Below are positions 49,899 through 57,450 of a DNA stretch of 57,450 nucleotides, piece by piece. The notes beneath the pieces are model-generated. The model ran no database searches, was not told the origin of the DNA, and worked only from the letters and a program-made list of their open reading frames with translations. Source of the stretch: Catajapyx aquilonaris. Taxonomy: Eukaryota. Location of the stretch: NCBI GenBank assembly GCA_000934665.2, contig JYFJ02002417.1:1-57450 (forward strand), written 5' to 3'. A program made the position numbers and the translations under genes. Each line of letters opens with the position of its first letter. Within the stretch, counting starts at the first letter, position 1.

Positions 49899-50219
49899 CG
49901 GCAGAACCCCAATTATCCATCACCCACAGGACAGGGGCATGGTCGGAACACAATAGAGGTCGGATAATCCGAGGAGCAAAGAAAACTTTAATGAAACACA
50001 ATAGAAAAACATGAAACGATGTACAATATTATGGTTTTCTGAATAACAGTGAAGTACTTTATCTTTTACATGCACACTGTATGTATTTACCATTTAACTA
50101 AGGCAATACGAAACAAACGACAGTATTTGACGAGAAAAAATATATTTATTTCAGAAGCGGGTTGGTCGGATAAACTGAGGAGTTGGATAATCAGAGGTCC
50201 GATAATTGGGGTTCTACTG
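49899..50219. mobile_element. Tc1/mariner-pogo-like MITE
   Basis: Left end CGGCAGAACCCCAATTATCC; right end CCGATAATTGGGGTTCTACTG|TA (reverse complement CAGTAGAACCCCAATTATCGG). Internal GGATAAT subrepeats are present. Confidence 0.65.

Positions 50220-50224
<5 letters not shown>

Positions 50225-50276
<52 letters not shown>
50225..50276. repeat. (ATT)n microsatellite
   Basis: Direct reading. Confidence 0.9.
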
Positions 50277-50278
<2 letters not shown>

Positions 50279-50864
50279 CACTACGCCGCCCTTCTTTTTC
50301 TGAGTTGCTCATCCAATGCGTCTGCACACACAACCGTCATTTATCACGCGTGACATTTCCACACTGACAATGGTGTCGTAGAAAGGGTACCGATGCGGCC
50401 ACTTTGTAGCGCACAACCGTTTGATCGCAACCGCTCACGCTCCCAGCAAGACCGATCCTTCAAGTGACGAACCATGCACTGATATTTCCCATACACCCAC
50501 TGCACTTGCACAAACTCCAATGCACCGTGATCCTATTCCGATTCAAAACTTACACCTCTGTTTGTGTACGCACTTCCTCTGTCAATTATATTTCTTATAT
50601 ACCAAACAATAGTTTGTTGATGGGTGTGTTGATGTTCAGATGATCAGTAGTAGTTGGTGTTGGCAAATAGTAGGGACCCTCCTTTATCCCGCATCGTCGG
50701 TCGTCCTCTCTTCTCTGCCTTCCCTTCCCTCCTCCTCCTCCTCTCTACGTGTATATCGATCAGCCAGAAGCAGAAAGAGGAGCGACACACACACGTATAG
50801 AGTAGAAAGAGAGCTAGGTGGTAGGGGATATGGGCTAGGGGGTTATAGTCCTGTGAGGGAGAGA

Positions 50865-51012
50865 CGACGAGAGGAGAGAGAGAGAGAGAGAGAGAGGAGG
50901 GGAGNGGGCAAGGGGAGAGAGGGGGAGAGAGGGGTGGGGTGCTCAGTAGTGCCAACTGAAAATGACGGGGGGGCCTGGAAACAATGTCAACGGAAGAAGA
51001 AGAAGAAGAAGA
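50865..51012. repeat. (GA)n / purine-rich tract and (AAG)n
   Basis: Direct reading. Confidence 0.8.
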
Positions 51013-52433
51013 AAAAAATGGCTCGATTTTGGTCGTGTACTGTAGCTCTCTGCATGCATGCACATCAAATTATTATAAAGGAGGAAATCTCATATCGTGC
51101 ACACTTTATTGTCATTAATAAAATGACATTTTACATCACCTCCCTGCTGCTATTATAAAAGAGCAAAATTTGTTCGTTTGTCAACAAACATCCATGCAAT
51201 TAAAAGCCTTGAAACGAGCGTCTTATTGTGTTATTATAAAAGACAAAATGTTTGTGTGTTTGTTTGTTTGTCCAGTTTCGTATACCGTGTATATTTCCAT
51301 GGGTATAGCCTACCTGCCCAAATAATAAAGTGGCTTTGTGTTATTACGAAATAAATATAAAATTATTTTTTGTGAAAATAAATGAATGGAGCAATCTGAG
51401 ACTTGCATTATTAAATCTATACTTTGATTTATATTTATTTTTAATTAGAAACATTTAACATCTATGAGATCTGTGATTATAAAATGCAAAGTCTGTTTAA
51501 TGTTATTTGTTTGTTTGTTTGTTTGTCCAGCTTTGGTTACCTAGCTATACATGGCAACACATTTATATGGAAACCTGAACAAAGTGTCGTTAGTGTTATA
51601 TAATAATAAATATAAAATGCTGTTTATTTAAAATTGATAAATGTGATATTTTGAGATCTCTGCCTTAGTAGTAGCCTACTATTATTGATAATTTATTGTT
51701 TCGCTTATTTTAAATTTATAACATTTACATTCGTAATACGAAAGATAGGGCCTACTTGTTTAGGATTCCATGGGAACATGTTTCCACATGGTAACCAAAT
51801 CTGGACAAACAAAGAAACAAACAATTACATAGGTTACATAGTTAGGCAAACAAGCACACAAACGAAGTTTCCCTTTTATAATAATGGAGAGGCTATAATA
51901 ACTGATAGTCCTTATTTTTAGTATTTCGTAAGGCATGTTTTATGCACTGCGACTGTCGTGTTGCCTCTTTTTCGCTATTTTAAAAGTTATTGGCTTGTGT
52001 TTCCAAGGATGGGAGGGTTGGAAATAAGGGGGTACCGTATCGATGTGGAGTATAGATTTATCGGAAGGTGTTTTTTTTTTTTTTTAAGCGGTTTTGGTGG
52101 GCTGGTTTTGTGGGGGTGCATTAGCGGGTGAGTGTTAATTATGCGGGGGACCCCGTTTTTTTTTTTTCGTTGGGGTGTGTAATGATCGTGGGAAAAGAGA
52201 GCCCAGCTCATTTTCTGGGCCCGCAAGCTGCATGATCCCGATACTACCAAGATTCTGGTGTGTGTAAAGTACTGGGATGCCAAATATTACTATAGCTAGT
52301 AATATTTGGCATTCAAAAAAAAAATCTGGTGTCCCAACTAGCATATTAGGTAAATATCAGCATATTTGGTGAGCTTCACTCATTTGAATCTTAATGAAAA
52401 AGTTCACTATTAGCAGTATAAACCATAGATTGC

Positions 52434-52507
<74 letters not shown>
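52434..52507. repeat. (TAG)n microsatellite
   Basis: Direct reading. Confidence 0.95.
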
Positions 52508-53131
52508 CCTGTTCCAGAGCGTCATTTCTTTCGTTTCTTTTTCGGCATTTTCTTTTGGCAGCAGTCGTCGTACCCCTCAGGTATCTCTTCGTGGCTTAAC
52601 TTTTGGAGTCCCCCGTGGTGACAGAGCCGTTCTATAACACTATTTTTCGATGATGAGTAAACGTCTAATGCCGTATGTTACACTATGATAATGATGATGA
52701 TGTTGGTGGTATTTAATTATGTAATACTGTGTCTAGAAGTTGCAGGAAGCTAACCCTATACACCTAATTGCTAATAATGGTGTAGTAATAAAGTACACCG
52801 CAATCAGGCGCTGATTCTTGTCGGATGAGATAATTGTTACAGTCAGTCAGTATATAATTACGGCCTTATGAAACATCTCCAAACCTCTGATGCGGAATGA
52901 TTCTCTCCCATTTTACATGTCAGTGCTGGTGACAGGCACAAACCACACTGCCACAAATGGGCAACGGTGGATTTGACATTGTGCCAAATAACATCTAGAT
53001 ATTGTGTCTCTGCTCTCCCGTCTCTCGTCTACTCGATGTCTAAAATTGCTCAATAATGAGGCGATTAATAAAATCGAGTAAGAAAACTTGAGGTCCAATT
53101 TTGCGACAGATAATAAATTCTGAGCCTGTGG

Positions 53132-53213
<82 letters not shown>

Positions 53214-53224
53214 TGTCATCATCA
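53132..53224. repeat. (TCA)n microsatellite
   Basis: Direct reading. Confidence 0.95.
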
Positions 53225-56200
53225 TTATACACTGACAACAACCACCTAGTCGTAATAATTAGAAATTTCAAAATTTTCCAGCATCAATTTAAATATTGCT
53301 TGTATGACACGCATTTTCTTGACGATTGATTATAATTGTGGTTATTGCATTCCTGCTGGGAATACATAATTGCGTATAATGCACTAGTTGTCGTGCATTA
53401 AAAATGAGTGGCCCGTGGGCGTGGTCGAGTTTGGCAGGGCTCCATTAAATTATTAATTTTTTTTGAATTGCAGCAGAGTCTAGAGGCTATAATGTACCCT
53501 ATAATATGTAAAAGTACATGGTGCAGGAGAACTAATGAATTGCCTATGCCCTGATGGCAACCAGCTTTGGGGGGGGGGGACTACTGTAGGCCTACATAAT
53601 CCTTGGAATATGTGTTCATTAATAATAATTACACTTTTACAAAGCTTCATCAGTGTTAAGCACACATTACCGCAAGTGCACACAGAATTGTCGAAACGAA
53701 ACGTATGCCTGTAAAATAATTACATTTCATGTTCATACTTACCGAGATGTCATGTCGGCACGTGTATAAGCGACGGAACCATTGTTAAAACAGCCAGGCT
53801 TTTAATAACGAATCAGCCAATAATGTGTTACAATCGACGAACTAAAAATTCCACTCAATTAAAACAAAAGGGACCGAAAAAAAAGACATGCTGAGGTCCA
53901 TTATTGTTGCTGGATTTCCAGAGTCCGCCGCTAAACTTAAATAAGGATTTGGCCAGCAGTCCGGGTCGAAAGCTTATTGAAACCAGCCAGTCCACACCAT
54001 CACAATGCCCCATTGTTATACTCCAGCTCCAGACTACATGCCTCATTTCTGCCTGCCTTCTGTGTCGAACTGCCAACTCTCTCGGCGTGCAGGTAAAATA
54101 CACCGTCAGTCTTGGGAATTAACTTTCATTACAAGCCTCATGTGTACTGACTCTAATGGCTAAGTAGATTTGAAGAAAAAGACCGAAAAAGTATGAAAAT
54201 ATATTCAGAATGCACATTTTTATAGGCATGTAGATTCCAGAAAAAATTCCAAAGCTATAAAAAAGGTAAGATTATATTGTGTCACTGTTAGTGAAAGGCT
54301 ATACATACAGTGTAATTTTGAGATACAATTTTGATGCCAATTATATGCACGAAGTACACTCATAAAACCCAACAGCTCATTCAGCTACATTAGACGCAAA
54401 CAATCAAATCAAAGCAAACAAAATACGAGGTACCATGATAAACATCATATCCGTGCAATTTGTGGTCACTCCAAACTATAGCTATTAAAAACGTGCAAAA
54501 ATTTTAATTAATGAAATAACTGTGCGTCGTTTAAATTAACATTGGTTTTTTTACTCCTACTGCAATATCCACACATGTAAAAAAAACTATGTGTCTACAT
54601 ATATAGCACAACAATCCCCCAATAATCAATCGTCACCACAAAATTTTCATGGCTGGAGCTCAAAGAGGAATATTTTTGTGCATCAAAACATTCTGGACCA
54701 GTATCTGAATCAATACCACGATCGTGCCAGTTGCAGTAATAAATTATTTGCACTCAATGGATCGGTGTCATTTGGTGTCATCATTCCTCGTTACTGAAAT
54801 GATTAGCATTAATTAAAGAGTGTAATATATGCTCAGGGGGGATACAGCTTACGACATTTCCATCACAGGCTGTCTGCGCATAATATCACAATTTAAATCG
54901 TGAAAACACTATTGTAAATTAATAATTGCACAGTACTTAGAAACTGAGAGGATAATTTGTACCTTGCGTTTGAAAGCTAATTAGCTCTGTACAAAAAGAC
55001 CACAAAGAATACCCAGCAATTTGTCTGTGCAAGAACAGAATTGCACATATATTACGGAAGCAATTAGTCTTATTACACTGTACTTTTCTCCAGACCTAGT
55101 ACAATGATTTGCACCACAAAAAAAAAGTTTTCGCAATTGTAGGATCCTCAGTGAAAGTTGCGAATTCCCTTCGCCCCAACGTAGTTCGCAAAGTTGGTTT
55201 TTTTTTGTTCCGAAAGTGTTAATTAAAAACAAGCAATTTCCCGGCTAACTTGCTTTTAGGTCCTATTGCATGCACTTTCTGGGGGATGGAGCCTCTCTAA
55301 TCCTCCTCGAAAATTATTTTCCAAATGGAGCGATGTGCGCAATGTACTGCAAAGGCTATTAGCTTTATGAGGAAGAGTGACTGTTAGAGTCTGTTTACAT
55401 TTCCTTTGTTGTTGTTTACAGATAAGATACGCCCAATTGAACGTCACTCTTAACCCTTTGAATGTATTGATTTGGTTGGGGGGGAGGGTCCATATTGGCG
55501 GATTTTGTAGAATATCTATGGACTAAAAGGGCTGGAAAATTCAGCTGGTTCATGGAAACATGCGAATTTTTAATCATTTTGAAAAGTGTAGCTAATATTA
55601 GCAGCGTTCAATCCTTTAAAATCAACAGTTGTTGATCGAATATTGAAGTTTTCACTTCAGTTGCTGTAACAGATTGTTTAATGCATTATTCCTCCCCTAT
55701 TTTTACACCACAAAATTTACCAGCCTGTACTCTCGAACAAGACTGATTACATTAGCCTGAAGAGCTCTCTAAAAATTCAGCGTTGTGGGCAGCCCCCAAT
55801 GTTGCAATCAATGCCACCCGCACATAATTATCGCGACTGGAAACACATTCTCATAAATCCGGGCACCGGACCCAGTTCCCGTGCTATGCTCCGCTCATCA
55901 AAATCATATGACACTAATCCAATGCCAAACGCCCGCCTTGATTAAAATGCCAGGATTTGGTTAATTCCGGACCCTTGGATATTCATCGATTAGTGTGTAT
56001 CAGGATCCAAAGCCGATTTTGATGTCTATCTGTTAATCGAAAATTGGACTTTGGATATTTAAAAAAGTTGCAGAACTTATACCACTGAGAGACGGTTGCA
56101 TCAGCACAATTTTTTGTCGACATATTCACATTTTTCATTTTCTACTAATATGCACCTTTTCATAAATATTTTACAGTCTGCAACTTTCCACATTATCAAG

Positions 56201-57450
56201 AATTTTTTAAAATAATCATTTTCACGAGCGTAAGTAGAAAATAAGCCAAAATTGATTTTTGAAATTGCATTTAAATAAGTTCAATAAATTCCCAATTTTT
56301 ATGCATATTTCAGTGTAAGTTGACTGAGAGTTTGGTAAAAAAAGAAAGGTTGGGGCCAAATTTAATTTAATTTAAAGCCTATAAAACGCTCGATTCAATA
56401 GTCTCCCCTCCCCCACCTTATAACAGCCGCCTAACTCTATATGGATCAAGTCATAAAAACAAGTTTTCCCCCGCTAGTCGTTATCGATTAGATCGTAGTC
56501 TATTTATGAAGCTGCCGCAGGAAATTGGACCGGAATGCTAGGCTTATAACTCGACCACTTTCTTTCTATAGAATGATGAAATGGAGCGAAAGAAAGAGGA
56601 CTTCTTAAGTACCCTTATATTGAGCCCCTTGTCTGGCTAACATGGAGGAAGTTTGAGGAGGGTGGGTTAATTAAGATGATGAGTCTATATGAAGTGAACT
56701 TTATTGATTCTGCATATGATGGCTGGGTATGGTCAAACTCAGTGTCTATTTGGAGCAGTGGAGCATACTATAGAAATGCGGTTTTATGGAGGCTGAAAAA
56801 AATGTTAATTATGCATATATGGGTTTGCTGTGTCCAGAAGTTCTATTATCATTACAGAACACTCGGTATTGTGAAGCAGTATAATGGGTTCAATTATGGC
56901 AATACCAAACGAAGAGTTGAGGTATGTAACAATGTTACATACTTTAATAACAAGGAACTCTCCCTTTGATTAATTTTTAAACAACGGTGATGCTCCCATT
57001 AAAATCTGGGAAGCCATTTAGCTAGAAACGAACATGAACTAACTGCGTTTTTAAAATAAATTTAGACTTTTACAGGGATCACACGCACATCAAAATGGAG
57101 CGTAAAAAATTTAACAATGGTGCAAACCCAACTTCAATTATTTTAAACGCTCTGTAAATATTTGTTGAGTCAGGTGCACTGGTTTCCGCTAAAAATTAAT
57201 CTACTTCATTAGTACATCGTACTTTATGCAGGTGCATAGTGCAAGTCCTCAGTTCGAAGGATGCGGCGAAATTAATTGTTTATCCCAGCAACTTGCCTTG
57301 TGTCTAGACTGGTTGTTGGAATATACAACCTGTAACGCCTTTCCTTGAAATTAGGACTTTGTGCAAGTACAGTACACCACCTTTGCATACAGCAATCAAG
57401 CTTGAGTTTCAAGTAGTCTAATCATGCCAGTTCCAAGTTGCGCTATAATT

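Noticed and set aside
50049..53271. ORFs with poly-L, N, V, M, D, K or RE runs
   Set aside because: They are translations of microsatellites.
53736..54122. Minus-strand GTAAGT donor near 53741 and nearby short ORFs
   Set aside because: Could be a non-coding 5' exon, but no protein similarity or partner exon can be supported from sequence alone.
1..57450. Prokaryotic systems, CRISPR arrays, rRNA or tRNA genes
   Set aside because: The DNA is intron-containing eukaryotic sequence; I saw no repeat-spacer array or structured RNA gene.

Overview
Eukaryotic (arthropod-type) genomic DNA with short GT-AG introns and TATA/TCAGT promoters. The first ~47 kb is a dense sensory/ion-channel gene neighbourhood. 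It holds an intronless divergent ionotropic receptor (IR) whose 5' end is split across reading frames, a secreted His/acid-rich orphan protein, and a cluster of 7TM gustatory receptors (GRs). The GR cluster encodes about 10 intact proteins plus 4 pseudogenic pieces, and is interleaved with two divergent mitochondrial 2-oxoglutarate/malate carrier (SLC25A11-like) genes. A pickpocket/DEG-ENaC gene and a calcium-channel alpha2-delta gene follow. The GR cluster records several rearrangements: tandem and inverted duplications, two loci with alternative first exons and shared C-terminal exons, intron loss, an insertion that rewrote one C-terminus, a fold-back junction, and two RTE retrotransposon insertions (one with a twin-priming 5' inversion). 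The last ~10 kb is non-coding, with MITEs and microsatellites. Gene models were read by eye from splice signals and paralog comparison; no database search was run. GR labels (GR-a etc.) are my own.
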